64,000 bases of DNA from positions 1,736,001-1,800,000 of the forward strand of contig PS015009.1 in the NCBI GenBank assembly GCA_048213135.1. Direction: 5' to 3'. The notes below the pieces were generated by a model. The model had not been told where the DNA came from. It ran no database searches and worked only from the letters and a program-made list of their open reading frames with translations. The stretch comes from Reclinomonas americana ATCC 50394. Lineage: Eukaryota. Each line of letters begins with the position of its first letter. The first letter of the stretch is position 1. Both the position numbers and the translations under genes were made by a program. Positions 27,292 through 37,313 of the stretch are shown here, piece after piece.

Positions 27292-29700
27292 ATGAGATGG
27301 ATGATGATGCTGCTTTTTTTGTGGATGGCAGCAGAGCCGGTACAGGCACAGAAAATTGAAGCGACTGTTTCAGGCATGATTAAAGATAAAGCCGATCGGG
27401 CGGGAATGTCCTATGTCAATGTGCAGTTGAAAAAACTGCCAGACAGCCAGTTTGTATCGGGTACTATTTCAGACGACAAAGGAAGGTTTGCGCTTACAGG
27501 GATTAAAGAAGGTGATTATGTGCTGGAGTGTTCCTTCACCGGATATGCAACCAAAACAGTGCATGTATTTGTGGGTAAGCTGACTCCCAACATTGAGGTC
27601 CCGCTTCTTGAAATGAGCAGGGAGCAAAAAGTGATGGATGCTGTAGTAGTGAGCGCCAAACAGGAAACCGTCTCTTCCAAAATGGATAAGAAAACATTCA
27701 GCCTGGCCAATAACATCAGCCAGTCCGGCGGCTCTGTTCTCGAAGCCATGAAGAATCTGCCGGGTGTTACGGTAGGGCAGGATGGTAAAGTGCAGCTGCG
27801 TGGCAGCGATAAAATTACCGTGCTGATCGATGGCAAGCAAACGGCGCTGACCGGCTTCGGTACACAAACCGGCCTTGACAATATCCCGGCATCGGCCATT
27901 GACAGGATCGAAGTCATCAATAATCCATCGGCCCGTTACGACGCCAATGGCAATGCGGGCATCATCAACATCATCTATAAAAAAGAAAAGAAGGAAGGCC
28001 TCAATGGTAAAGCAGGGCTGACAGGCGGTTTGGGCGCTTTATGGATCAAGCAGGGTAATTATCCCGGCATCAGGCCGCAGTACCAGGCCACGCCAAAGAT
28101 CAATCCCTCACTGGCGCTGAACTACCGCAAAGGAAAGATCAATGTATTTTTTCAGGGAGATGACCTGTACACAAAAACGCTGAACAAAAACGAATTTGCT
28201 GACCGGTACTACGATAACGGCGATACCGTTCGTCAGCAGACAAAACGCAACAGGACGACCAATGTGCTGACACTTAAATCCGGGATAGATGCCTATGTCG
28301 ATAACCGGAACACACTTACCCTGGCTGGGTTGTTCAGCAGTGAAAAAATACTGGACCGTGGCGACGAACCTTTTTATAACGGCGATCTTACGAAAAGAAA
28401 CCGCTTGTGGCAGTTCCTGGAAGATGAGCTGAAAACAACCGTGACGGTGTCGGGCAGCTGGGTGCATCGTTTCCCGCAACCGGGGAGGTCCCTTTCATTG
28501 GGTGCTAATTATACTTTTCACCGGGAAGATGAGAAATACTTTTTTACCAATATCATGCCTTCCTACACCGGGCTGGACTCGTTCAAATTATTGTCGGATG
28601 AGCATGTGGCCGACATCAATATGGATTATGTACAACCCCTTCGTTACGGCAGGATAGAAGGCGGGCTTAAATTCAGGCGGAGGTACATACCCACCAATAT
28701 GCAATTCAAACCCGGGCTGAACTCGCCCCTGGACACCACGGCCGGGGGATGGGCCAATTACGGGGAAACCATACCTGCTGTGTATGGAAACTATGTTTTT
28801 GAAAATAAGCATATAGAGGCGGAACTGGGGTTGCGTGTTGAATACGTGCACCTGAACTATGAGGTTAATCCCGGGCATCGTACCTATAAAAGCGATGGCT
28901 ACCAATATACGCAGCCTTTCCCTAACCTGAGACTGGCCTGGAAGATAAATGACCGGAGTAAACTTTCTTTCTTCTATAACCGCCGGGTAGACAGGCCCAA
29001 TGAAGTAGACATACGCATCTTTCCTAAATACGATGATGCGGAGATCATTAAGGTAGGGAACCCTGCCCTGCGGCCGCAGTTCACCAACAGTTTTGAACTG
29101 GGATACAAACGTAACTGGGGGAAACCTTCTTTGTACGCATCCATATATCACAAACGCATGGAAACCACCATCACACGTATAGCCAGTACTGCACCCGGAA
29201 GTAATCTTATCTACAATGTATTTCAGAATGCGGGGCGCAGCTATAATACCGGCGCTGAATTGCTGTTCGACTGGCCGGCAGCTAAATGGGTCAACCTTAA
29301 CCTTAACCTGAATGGCTACCAGAATACGGTGGAAGGGTTTACCATCATTAATAAATACCCCATAACCGATACCATCAGTACAGCAAGGGAACAGATTGTT
29401 TCCGGGAATATTAAATTGAACGCGATGCTGCACCTGCCAAAAAAATGGGAAGGACAACTGAGCATGGTATACCTGGCCCCCGACCTGGTTCCGCAGGGAA
29501 AAACTTTTTCGCGGTTCTATATTGATATGGGGGTAAAGAAAACAGTACAGAAAGGCAAAGGAGAATTGTTTATCAATGTGTCTGACATAGCCAATACCAG
29601 CAGATTGAGAAAAGAGATACAGGGTAAAGGGTTCAGGTACATGTCTACAGACTATTATGAAACACAGGTATTCCGGGTTGGGTATATGTATAAGTTTTAG
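27292..29700 (+). CDS. TonB-dependent receptor-like outer membrane beta-barrel protein
   Basis: Signal peptide, carboxypeptidase-regulatory-like domain, plug motif LPGV...IEVINNPSARYDA.G.AGIINI, and terminal YKF. Confidence 0.88.
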   Translation: MRWMMMLLFLWMAAEPVQAQKIEATVSGMIKDKADRAGMSYVNVQLKKLPDSQFVSGTISDDKGRFALTGIKEGDYVLECSFTGYATKTVHVFVGKLTPNIEVPLLEMSREQKVMDAVVVSAKQETVSSKMDKKTFSLANNISQSGGSVLEAMKNLPGVTVGQDGKVQLRGSDKITVLIDGKQTALTGFGTQTGLDNIPASAIDRIEVINNPSARYDANGNAGIINIIYKKEKKEGLNGKAGLTGGLGALWIKQGNYPGIRPQYQATPKINPSLALNYRKGKINVFFQGDDLYTKTLNKNEFADRYYDNGDTVRQQTKRNRTTNVLTLKSGIDAYVDNRNTLTLAGLFSSEKILDRGDEPFYNGDLTKRNRLWQFLEDELKTTVTVSGSWVHRFPQPGRSLSLGANYTFHREDEKYFFTNIMPSYTGLDSFKLLSDEHVADINMDYVQPLRYGRIEGGLKFRRRYIPTNMQFKPGLNSPLDTTAGGWANYGETIPAVYGNYVFENKHIEAELGLRVEYVHLNYEVNPGHRTYKSDGYQYTQPFPNLRLAWKINDRSKLSFFYNRRVDRPNEVDIRIFPKYDDAEIIKVGNPALRPQFTNSFELGYKRNWGKPSLYASIYHKRMETTITRIASTAPGSNLIYNVFQNAGRSYNTGAELLFDWPAAKWVNLNLNLNGYQNTVEGFTIINKYPITDTISTAREQIVSGNIKLNAMLHLPKKWEGQLSMVYLAPDLVPQGKTFSRFYIDMGVKKTVQKGKGELFINVSDIANTSRLRKEIQGKGFRYMSTDYYETQVFRVGYMYKF

Positions 29701-29760
29701 TTTTACCTGGATACATTGATTTTTTGTTTACTAAATCCTTTTATATTTGGTCACCATACT

Positions 29761-30042
29761 ATGCGTGACCTTTTTTTTAATCTTTCCTTACTCATCTGCC
29801 GGATCACCCGTAACCCTGTATTTATTATAGCATACAGGAAAGGGCGGCCTCCTGTGGTAAAGGGTTCGGTGAAAAGCAGCTTTACCAGTATATGTTATGA
29901 AATACTGCAGCGGGGCGATATTAGTTCAGGTCTGGTGTTCGCTGTTAAAGGGAAGTATGGCGTCCCGGTATTAAAAACATCGGGCAGTATACCGCCACAT
30001 ATGCTCCAGCAATTAAGGAATACCTGGGGTTTCAGTAACTAA
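29761..30042 (+). CDS. Small protein, DUF3634-like
   Basis: C-terminal L..SG.IP....Q.LRN.W pattern. Confidence 0.55.
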   Translation: MRDLFFNLSLLICRITRNPVFIIAYRKGRPPVVKGSVKSSFTSICYEILQRGDISSGLVFAVKGKYGVPVLKTSGSIPPHMLQQLRNTWGFSN

Positions 30043-30056
30043 ACATCACATCCATT

Positions 30057-30893
30057 ATGTATACAGGTGTTTCAGGTCTGCTGCTTATCATTGCCAACAT
30101 CGCTTTCTCCTACCAGGGATTTAAGAATACTGCTTTTTTTGATGGGTATCAATTTGAAGTAGACGCCATCCTGCGGAATAAGGATTATAAACGTCTTTTT
30201 ACTTCCGGTTTTCTTCATGCCAACTGGACGCACCTGCTGTTCAATATGGTAACGCTTTTTTTATTTGCCGGTCCGCTCACCTTTGTCGCAGGAGAAGTTA
30301 AATTCCTGGTCATTTATTTCGCCAGCCTGCTGGGCGGTAACCTGCTGGCCCTGTTCATTCACCGCCAGCATGACGATTACCGTGCTATAGGAGCTTCAGG
30401 CGCAGTGGCGGGTGTTGTCTTCGCCTGCCTGGTGCTGATACCGGGTATGGGCGTTAGTTTTTTCGGGCTCGGTTTTGCCATACCGGGTTGGTTGTACGGG
30501 TTGGTGTATATACTGTATTCTGTTTATGGCATCAGGGCAAAAAGACATAATATTGGTCACGAAGCCCACCTGGGAGGCGCTTTAACCGGCATGTTGGTGG
30601 CTTTACTGATGCAGCCATCGGCACTCATCACTAACTACACTTTTGTACTGACCATATCCATACCCGTAGTCATCTTCCTGGCAATAATGATAGCCCGGCC
30701 TGAAGTCATACTGCTGAACATACCACTGAGGCCTAAACGGAAAGTGTATTCCATCGACCAGCAATACAATGAAGATAAACTGGCGCAGCAAAAAGAGCTG
30801 GACCGGATACTGGACAAGATTGCGGCCAGGGGCATGTCGGCACTTACTAAAAAAGAAAAAGAAACACTGAAGCAGCTCTCGGATAAAAATTAA
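30057..30893 (+). CDS. Rhomboid family intramembrane serine protease
   Basis: H....HLLFNM, GASG, HEAHLGG and C-terminal ELDRILDKI...G...LT domain. Confidence 0.93.
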   Translation: MYTGVSGLLLIIANIAFSYQGFKNTAFFDGYQFEVDAILRNKDYKRLFTSGFLHANWTHLLFNMVTLFLFAGPLTFVAGEVKFLVIYFASLLGGNLLALFIHRQHDDYRAIGASGAVAGVVFACLVLIPGMGVSFFGLGFAIPGWLYGLVYILYSVYGIRAKRHNIGHEAHLGGALTGMLVALLMQPSALITNYTFVLTISIPVVIFLAIMIARPEVILLNIPLRPKRKVYSIDQQYNEDKLAQQKELDRILDKIAARGMSALTKKEKETLKQLSDKN

Positions 30894-30956
30894 TGAAGGA
30901 GAAATAAACCTTCCTTAAAATGACGGGCTAACTGTACGCAATCCGCCTCTTCAATT

Positions 30957-31001
30957 GTCGTATTTACACCTTTTCAGTGCTCTATTGTGGCAGTATGTTT
31001 G
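30957..31001 (+). promoter_or_regulatory. Putative GlxA/AraC box plus promoter (copy at 35164-35208, minus strand)
   Basis: GTCGTATTTACACC-N23-TATGTTTG versus GTCGTTTTTGCACC-N23-TAAGTTTG. Confidence 0.6.
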
Positions 31002-31035
31002 CAATACCATTCGCATAACTTTAAAACGAAACGAT

Positions 31036-31509
31036 ATGCAAAAGATATTCCCCTGTTTGTGGTTCGACAACAATGCCGAAGAAGCCATTCAGTTGTATGC
31101 CTCAGTTTTTAACAATGTAGCCATAACCGATGTACTCCGCAATGGCCCCGGCGGTCCCGGTCCTGAAGGCTCTATCCTTACTGCCAAATTCACCATTGAA
31201 GGACAGGAATTCCTGGCGCTGAACGGAGGGCCTGTATTCAAATTTACAGAAGCCATTTCCCTTATCGTGTATTGCAATACCCAGGAAGAGATTGATGAAA
31301 AGTGGGCAAAACTTACGGCCGGTGGCGGCGAAGAATCCATGTGCGGCTGGCTGAAAGACAAGTTTGGTCTCTCCTGGCAGATCACACCGCCGCAACTGCC
31401 TAAAATGCTGCAGGATCCCGATCCCGCCAAAGCAGGTAAAGCCATGCAGGCCATGATGCAGATGAAGAAACTGGATATTGCCGCATTGGAAAAAGCGTAC
31501 AACAGCTAA
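31036..31509 (+). CDS. VOC family protein (PhnB / 3-demethylubiquinone-9 3-methyltransferase-like)
   Basis: PCLWF, ALNGGP.F.F.EAISL and CGWLKDKFGLSWQI. Confidence 0.9.
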   Translation: MQKIFPCLWFDNNAEEAIQLYASVFNNVAITDVLRNGPGGPGPEGSILTAKFTIEGQEFLALNGGPVFKFTEAISLIVYCNTQEEIDEKWAKLTAGGGEESMCGWLKDKFGLSWQITPPQLPKMLQDPDPAKAGKAMQAMMQMKKLDIAALEKAYNS

Positions 31510-31558
31510 TCCGTGCACAATATCTTCGCGTAACCTTAGCGCCCTTCCTTCTTTGCGT

Positions 31559-31600
31559 GGAGAGACCCTTCGCTTCGCACGGAGAGACCCTTCGCTTCGC
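31559..31600. repeat. Tandem 20-bp direct repeat, REP-like intergenic element
   Basis: GGAGAGACCCTTCGCTTCGC twice, separated by AC. Confidence 0.8.
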
Positions 31601-31644
31601 TCTGGGTAAAATTTGTACTTTGTAATTCTTAACCCGTAATTGCA

Positions 31645-32427
31645 ATGGCGAAATCTGTAAAAGCCGCATCACCCAAGCCTCCTGCGCTGGAAAAGATACC
31701 GGTGTTAACAAAGGATGTCACCGCTAAACATTTCATGCAAAAACTGGCGCATTACCAGTCAGACGCGGAGCTGAAAAAAATACAACGCTATTTTAAAAGC
31801 GGTGAAGGGGAGTATGGCGAAGGTGATGTGTTCATCGGTGTGCGCATGGGTCAGTTGTTCGAACTGGCCAAAGCCTTCAGCGCTATGCCTGTGGCGGAGC
31901 TGGCCAAATTGATGGACAGTCCTATACACGAAGCCCGGGCCGGCGCCATGAGCATCATGGATAAAGAATCGAGGAATAAAAAAGTGACGGAAGAAAGATT
32001 GAAGTCACTCTTTGACCTGTATATGAAAAAAATAGACAGGGTCAACAACTGGGACCTTGTCGATCTTGGTTGCCTGTACATGACCGGTCGTTACTTATTT
32101 GACAAGCCCCGGAAAATATTATACAAACTGGCCCGTTCAAAGACTATCTGGGAACGGCGCACGGCTATATTATCCACCTGTTATTTTATCCGCCAGGGCG
32201 ATATTGATGACACCATGGCCATAGCTGAACTGCTGGTGAAAGACAAAGAAGACCTCATTCACAAAGCCACCGGCTGGATGCTGCGTTTTGCCTGGGCAAA
32301 AGACCCCGGCCGGGTTACCGCTTTTCTCGACAAACATGCCGCCACCATGCCCCGCACCCTGCTGCGTTATACCATCGAAAATTTTGATAAGAAGAAAAAG
32401 GACTATTACATGGGCCTTGGTAAATAA
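31645..32427 (+). CDS. DNA alkylation repair protein (AlkD-like)
   Basis: YFKSGEGEYGEGDVFIGV, NNWDLVD, WERR and KATGWMLR. Confidence 0.9.
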   Translation: MAKSVKAASPKPPALEKIPVLTKDVTAKHFMQKLAHYQSDAELKKIQRYFKSGEGEYGEGDVFIGVRMGQLFELAKAFSAMPVAELAKLMDSPIHEARAGAMSIMDKESRNKKVTEERLKSLFDLYMKKIDRVNNWDLVDLGCLYMTGRYLFDKPRKILYKLARSKTIWERRTAILSTCYFIRQGDIDDTMAIAELLVKDKEDLIHKATGWMLRFAWAKDPGRVTAFLDKHAATMPRTLLRYTIENFDKKKKDYYMGLGK

Positions 32428-32492
32428 CTCCGCAAGTTCCGGGTTGCCCGCGCCTTTATGCCGGTATATTTTTGTGTTGTAAATTTAAAAAA

Positions 32493-33335
32493 ATGAACAC
32501 AGCACAAGAGTACCAGTACGACCGCATCGCGGAAGCCATACAGTACATACAAACACATTTTAAGGAGCAGCCCGCACTGGATGAAGTAGCAGAGCAGGTA
32601 CACCTGAGCCCTTTTCATTTTCAGCGGCTGTTTACCGAATGGGCAGGAGTAAGCCCTAAAAAATTTCTCCAGTACATCAGCGTGGAGCATGCCAAGCATA
32701 TGCTCAAAGAACAACAGGTTACCTTGTTTGATGCCGCGCTGGAAACGGGTTTGTCGGGCACCGGGCGCCTGCATGATCTCTTCATCAATATAGAAGGAAT
32801 GACACCCGGCGAATATAAGAATGGCGGCGAAGCGCTGGAGATACACTACAGCTATGCCGAAACACCTTTTGGTAATATTATGGTGGCATCTACAGCGAAA
32901 GGGATCTGTCATATGGCTTTCGCCGATGATGAACAAAAAGCATTGCAGTTATTACAGCAGCAATTTCCCCGGGCACGGTACAAACAAATGGTTGACCTGG
33001 CGCAACAGAAAGCGTTATACATTTTCACACACGACTGGAGCCGCATCGATGACATACGGCTTCACCTCAAAGGCACACCCTTTCAGCTGAAGGTTTGGGA
33101 GAGCCTGCTGAAAATACCCATGGGGCAATTATCAACCTATGGCACCATCGCGGAGCAGATCAAACAACCTGGTGCTTCACGTGCGGTAGGGTCGGCCATT
33201 GGCAGTAACCCGGTTGCTTTCCTCATTCCCTGTCACCGGGTGATCCGCTCCGGTGGCGATTTTGGCGGCTACATGTGGGGACCCGTACGCAAAGCCGCCA
33301 TCATTGGCTGGGAAGCGGCACATACACAACAGTAA
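32493..33335 (+). CDS. Ada-like AraC-HTH / methylated-DNA-protein-cysteine methyltransferase lacking the N-terminal Zn domain
   Basis: SPFHFQRLF..WAGVSP HTH, GTPFQ.KVW and the IPCHRV active site. Confidence 0.92.
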   Translation: MNTAQEYQYDRIAEAIQYIQTHFKEQPALDEVAEQVHLSPFHFQRLFTEWAGVSPKKFLQYISVEHAKHMLKEQQVTLFDAALETGLSGTGRLHDLFINIEGMTPGEYKNGGEALEIHYSYAETPFGNIMVASTAKGICHMAFADDEQKALQLLQQQFPRARYKQMVDLAQQKALYIFTHDWSRIDDIRLHLKGTPFQLKVWESLLKIPMGQLSTYGTIAEQIKQPGASRAVGSAIGSNPVAFLIPCHRVIRSGGDFGGYMWGPVRKAAIIGWEAAHTQQ

Positions 33336-33338
33336 AAG

Positions 33339-33575
33339 ATGTGGCGTCATAAAAACATGACCACGGCAAACCTGTTCCGGCTTATTCACAATGGCAGTAT
33401 ACTGCTGGCGGGCAACAAACGGTTACATATTTACGGAACACTCCGCTGCAGGTCGGGCAAAAGAATGCTTCGCGGGAACAGGGTATTCTTTTCTTCCCGG
33501 GAAGAAGCACAAGCTCTTGGTTACAGGCCCTGTGCACATTGTATGTATGCGGAATATAAAAAATGGAAACGATGA
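33339..33575 (+). CDS. Stand-alone Ada metal-binding domain protein
   Basis: IYG.L.C.SG.RM...NRVFF.....A...GYRPCAHC. Confidence 0.8.
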   Translation: MWRHKNMTTANLFRLIHNGSILLAGNKRLHIYGTLRCRSGKRMLRGNRVFFSSREEAQALGYRPCAHCMYAEYKKWKR

Positions 33576-34171
33576 ATTTATTTGATACACCGGCAACGGG
33601 AAACCTGTTGCCTTATGATGGTGAAGTAATTTATTTCGGAAGACTGCTGTCTGAAAAAGACGCCAGTCACTACCTGCGGAAATTGCTGGATGATATTAGC
33701 TGGAAACACGATGAAGCGGTGATCTTTGGCCGGCACATCGTTACCCGGCGCAAAGTAGCCTGGTACGGAGATAACGATTACGCCTATACGTATTCCGGCA
33801 GAACCAGGCAGGCCTTACCCTGGACAAAAGAGTTACTGGAGCTGAAAGCCCTGGTGGAACCTGCCACCGGCGCCAGTTATAACTCCTGCCTGCTCAACCT
33901 CTATCATAATGGCGATGAAGGTATGGCCTGGCACAGCGATGATGAAAAGATGCTGTTGAAAGATGGCAGCATCGCTTCCCTGAGCCTCGGAGCGGAAAGG
34001 AAATTCTCGCTGAAACATCGTGCCGGCGGGGAAACGCGTTCCCTGCTGCTGGGCAATGGCAGCCTGCTCGAAATGAAAGGAACCACGCAAACCTACTGGA
34101 TGCACAGCCTGCCTAAATCCAAAAAAGTGACACAGCCCAGGGTAAACCTCACCTTTCGTACAATGGTATAA
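33563..34171 (+). CDS. alkB: Alpha-ketoglutarate-dependent dioxygenase, AlkB family
   Basis: LLNLY, WHSDDE (HxD), H...K and RVNLTFR. Confidence 0.9.
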   Translation: METMNLFDTPATGNLLPYDGEVIYFGRLLSEKDASHYLRKLLDDISWKHDEAVIFGRHIVTRRKVAWYGDNDYAYTYSGRTRQALPWTKELLELKALVEPATGASYNSCLLNLYHNGDEGMAWHSDDEKMLLKDGSIASLSLGAERKFSLKHRAGGETRSLLLGNGSLLEMKGTTQTYWMHSLPKSKKVTQPRVNLTFRTMV

Positions 34172-34180
34172 TTGTTTTGA

Positions 34181-34597
34181 TTATTGCCGGGCCTTATCGT
34201 AATGCAGCAGCCAGTTATTGCCATACCTGTCGGTGAGATCCCCGAACAAAGCGCCCCAGAAGGAAATTTCCAGTGGGTGAGTAGCTTTACCACCCTCCAC
34301 AAGTTTATTATAAAAAGACCTGGTCTCCTCTTCACTGCTGCAGTTCAGCATCAGGGATACGCTGTTGCCTTTTACCAGTCCGTGCTCGGCCACCATATCG
34401 GTAGCCATCAGTACCAATCCCTCTTTAACGAGTGTACCATGCAGGATGCAGTCTTTCATTTGCTGCGGCATTTTTCCGGCAAGGGGAGATTCGCCGATGG
34501 TTTGCAGGCTGAGTTCGCCGCCCAGGCATTGCTGGTAAAAGCTCATGGCTTCGCGGCAGTTGCCATTAAAGGTGAGGTAACTATTGATCTGTGTCAT
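34181..34597 (-). CDS. VOC family protein (PhnB-like)
   Basis: YLTFNGNCREAMSFY and FWGA.FG..TDRYG.NW. Confidence 0.9.
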   Translation of the reverse strand: MTQINSYLTFNGNCREAMSFYQQCLGGELSLQTIGESPLAGKMPQQMKDCILHGTLVKEGLVLMATDMVAEHGLVKGNSVSLMLNCSSEEETRSFYNKLVEGGKATHPLEISFWGALFGDLTDRYGNNWLLHYDKARQ

Positions 34598-34608
34598 GCT
34601 TGTAAGGG

Positions 34609-35112
34609 TTACTGTTGAGCGTCGTCATAAATTTTTTGCAGCTGGTGCGTATGCCGCTGAATGTGGATCAGGGAGAAGTTAAACCACTCCAGCCGTGTGA
34701 GCTTACCAAACACAGGCAGTTCACTGTCGGTACACAACCGGGTGAGATCGGGCATATCGGCAACAGCTAGAAAATCGGCCTTAATTTTTTTCCAGGCGTC
34801 TTCCGCTTCATCCTGCTTCAACTGGCCGGATGGGATAAGGAATTCCGGCGCATTCAGTCGCTGGCTGTAATCCAGGAAAAGGTTCTCGATCACGGGTATC
34901 TTTTCCGCCGGTTCGCGGTCGCAGTCGGCGGTATTGCCGTTTGCCAGGCGGGATAGTCCGCCCGAGGCCTTGATAATATGTTCCGATACTTCCGATGCCG
35001 ACCATCCACCATAAGATGGGGGTGTATGCCATTTTTCAACCGGGAAATTTTGCACCAATAACTGCATGTCGCCGATCGTTTTTTCCGCCCTGATACTTAA
35101 TAAAGTACTCAT
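34609..35112 (-). CDS. DinB family protein
   Basis: WS..EV.EH and H..RH..Q metal-binding helix pattern. Confidence 0.8.
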   Translation of the reverse strand: MSTLLSIRAEKTIGDMQLLVQNFPVEKWHTPPSYGGWSASEVSEHIIKASGGLSRLANGNTADCDREPAEKIPVIENLFLDYSQRLNAPEFLIPSGQLKQDEAEDAWKKIKADFLAVADMPDLTRLCTDSELPVFGKLTRLEWFNFSLIHIQRHTHQLQKIYDDAQQ

Positions 35113-35284
35113 AAGAATGATTTTTTTCTGATGTGATGTCAATCTACGCGATTGATTACCACACAAACTTAGTCCCGAAAGGCCGGATCGGAAGGGTGCA
35201 AAAACGACTATTTGAGGGGTTGTTTACGACAAGTTCTTTACTTAGCTTTGTCCATACAGAACTTGTAATAAATCGATTGTTATT

Positions 35285-36262
35285 ATGAAGCACATCTCTA
35301 TCCTGGTGCCGGAAACCGCTGTTGTGGAGGCTATTGCCGATCCCCGGTACCTGTTTACCATGGTCAATAAATTCTTTGAATCAGAAGGCAAATCACCCTT
35401 GTTCGAAGTAGAACTGGTAGGCCAGTCAAAGGAGATTCGCCTGGTCAACAGCCTGTTTTCCGTACATGCTGAAAAACTGCTTCATGAGGTGAAACATACC
35501 GACCTGGTGCTGATTCCCGCCATCAGCGGCGATATAGATACAGCGCTTCACCTGAACAGGGATTTTGTGCCCTGGATCGTTGACCGGTATCATGGGGGAG
35601 CCGAAGTAGCGTCGCTTTGCATAGGCGCTTTCCTGCTGGCGGATACCGGTTTATTAAAAGGAAAGAAATGTTCCACCCACTGGTTGCATGCGACTGATTT
35701 CAGGAATATGTTTCCTGATGTGGAACTGGTAGATGGAAGTATCATTACCGAAGAGCAGGGATTGTATTCCAGCGGGGGCGCCAACTCGTACTGGAACCTG
35801 TTGCTGTACCTGGTAGAGAAGTATACCGACAGGGATACCGCTATTCTCGCCTCCAAATTTTTTGCCATTGATATCGACCGCGACAGCCAGGCTGCCTTTA
35901 TGATGTTCAACGGGCAGAAAGATCACGAGGATGAAGAGATTGCTAAGGCGCAGGATTTCATCGAGAATAATTACCAGGACAGGATCACCGTAGATCAGCT
36001 GGCCGATCAACTGGCCATTGGCAGGCGCAGTTTTGAGCGCAGGTTCAAAAAGGCAACGAACAATACCGTGGTGGAATATATTCAGCGGGTGAAGATAGAA
36101 GCCGCTAAACGCAGGCTGGAAAGCAGCCGTAAGAACATCAGTGAAGTGATGTATGAAGTGGGGTATACCGATACCAAGGCTTTCCGGGATGTGTTCAAAA
36201 AAATAACGGGTCTTACACCGATCGAGTATCGTAACAAATACAACAAACAGGCTGCAGCCTGA
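35285..36262 (+). CDS. GlxA family regulator (DJ-1/PfpI domain plus AraC HTH)
   Basis: ASLCIGAFLLA.TGLL, THW, RSFERRFK and VGY.D..AFR..FKK. Confidence 0.93.
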   Translation: MKHISILVPETAVVEAIADPRYLFTMVNKFFESEGKSPLFEVELVGQSKEIRLVNSLFSVHAEKLLHEVKHTDLVLIPAISGDIDTALHLNRDFVPWIVDRYHGGAEVASLCIGAFLLADTGLLKGKKCSTHWLHATDFRNMFPDVELVDGSIITEEQGLYSSGGANSYWNLLLYLVEKYTDRDTAILASKFFAIDIDRDSQAAFMMFNGQKDHEDEEIAKAQDFIENNYQDRITVDQLADQLAIGRRSFERRFKKATNNTVVEYIQRVKIEAAKRRLESSRKNISEVMYEVGYTDTKAFRDVFKKITGLTPIEYRNKYNKQAAA

Positions 36263-36375
36263 CCGCAGGAAGATGTATTGAATCTTTAACAGGCGATCAA
36301 CATTATCACCCACGCTCTCTTTTCCTTCCGGGATAACTGTATCTTGCAATTGCTTTACAGGAAGCACCGCCATTT

Positions 36376-37227
36376 ATGAAAGAAATGTATGTCAGTAAGG
36401 ATGCTGCCGGCCGGCTTTTGCTGCTTAAAAACGAAACCGTATTCGAGCAGCATTATCCCGGTGATGGAAAAGGACTGAGATATTACACCATTACCTGGAA
36501 CCATGGCCCCGCACAAAAGGTCATCATTGATGAGGTACAGTACGAAATGCCCGCTGGCGCAGTTCTCCCGATCATGATGAATCAGGCATTTCGTTTCGAA
36601 CACCCGGAGCAGGTGATTGCCTGGCAATTCAACCGTGAGTTTTATTGTGTTGTGAACCACGATGCGGAAGTAGGCTGTGTGGGTTTCGTTTTCTACGGGC
36701 CGCAGCCGGTGTTTTTTATTCATATCGATGAAGAAGCCTCCCGAAAAATGGAGCACCTGCTGGAACTGTTTGAAGAAGAGATGGATTCCGAAGAAGAGAT
36801 TAAAGGAGAAATGCTTCGTATGCTGCTGGTCAGGCTGATCATCAATATCACCCGCCTCGCCAAAAAGCAATACCTCGGCAGCGAGGACCCGCCAGAAAAA
36901 TTTAACCTGGTCAGGCAATACCACCTGCTGGTGGAAATACATTACCAGCGGGAACACCAGGTGCAGTATTATGCCGGGCTGCTGAACAGGTCGCCCAAAA
37001 CACTCTCCAATATTTTTTCAGTGCACAGCAAAAAAACACCCCTGCAGGTGATCCAGGAAAGGATCATACTGGAAGCCAGGAGGTTGTTCCTGTATACCGA
37101 CCTGTCGGTGAAAGAGATCGCCGCCCGCCTTGGGTTTGAGGATGTATCGCACTTCAGCCGTTTTTTCAAGAACCAGACGGCCATTAATCCCTCCGACCTG
37201 CGGAAGTCCATACAGCAGAACATGTAG
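36376..37227 (+). CDS. AraC family transcriptional regulator
   Basis: C-terminal YA..L..SPKTL...SVKEIA..LGF.D.SHFSRFFK. Confidence 0.92.
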   Translation: MKEMYVSKDAAGRLLLLKNETVFEQHYPGDGKGLRYYTITWNHGPAQKVIIDEVQYEMPAGAVLPIMMNQAFRFEHPEQVIAWQFNREFYCVVNHDAEVGCVGFVFYGPQPVFFIHIDEEASRKMEHLLELFEEEMDSEEEIKGEMLRMLLVRLIINITRLAKKQYLGSEDPPEKFNLVRQYHLLVEIHYQREHQVQYYAGLLNRSPKTLSNIFSVHSKKTPLQVIQERIILEARRLFLYTDLSVKEIAARLGFEDVSHFSRFFKNQTAINPSDLRKSIQQNM

Positions 37228-37259
37228 GGAAAAATATCCCAGTCTTCGGGAAATATGTC
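37227..37259 (+). promoter_or_regulatory. Putative AraC tandem binding sites
   Basis: GGGAAAAATATC and GGGAAATATGTC with 21-bp period, upstream of the YHS operon. Confidence 0.5.
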
Positions 37260-37313
37260 TATTCCCTGGCCACGCTATTCCCGGCAATTTTGTATTGCAA
37301 AAATCAATACAGG

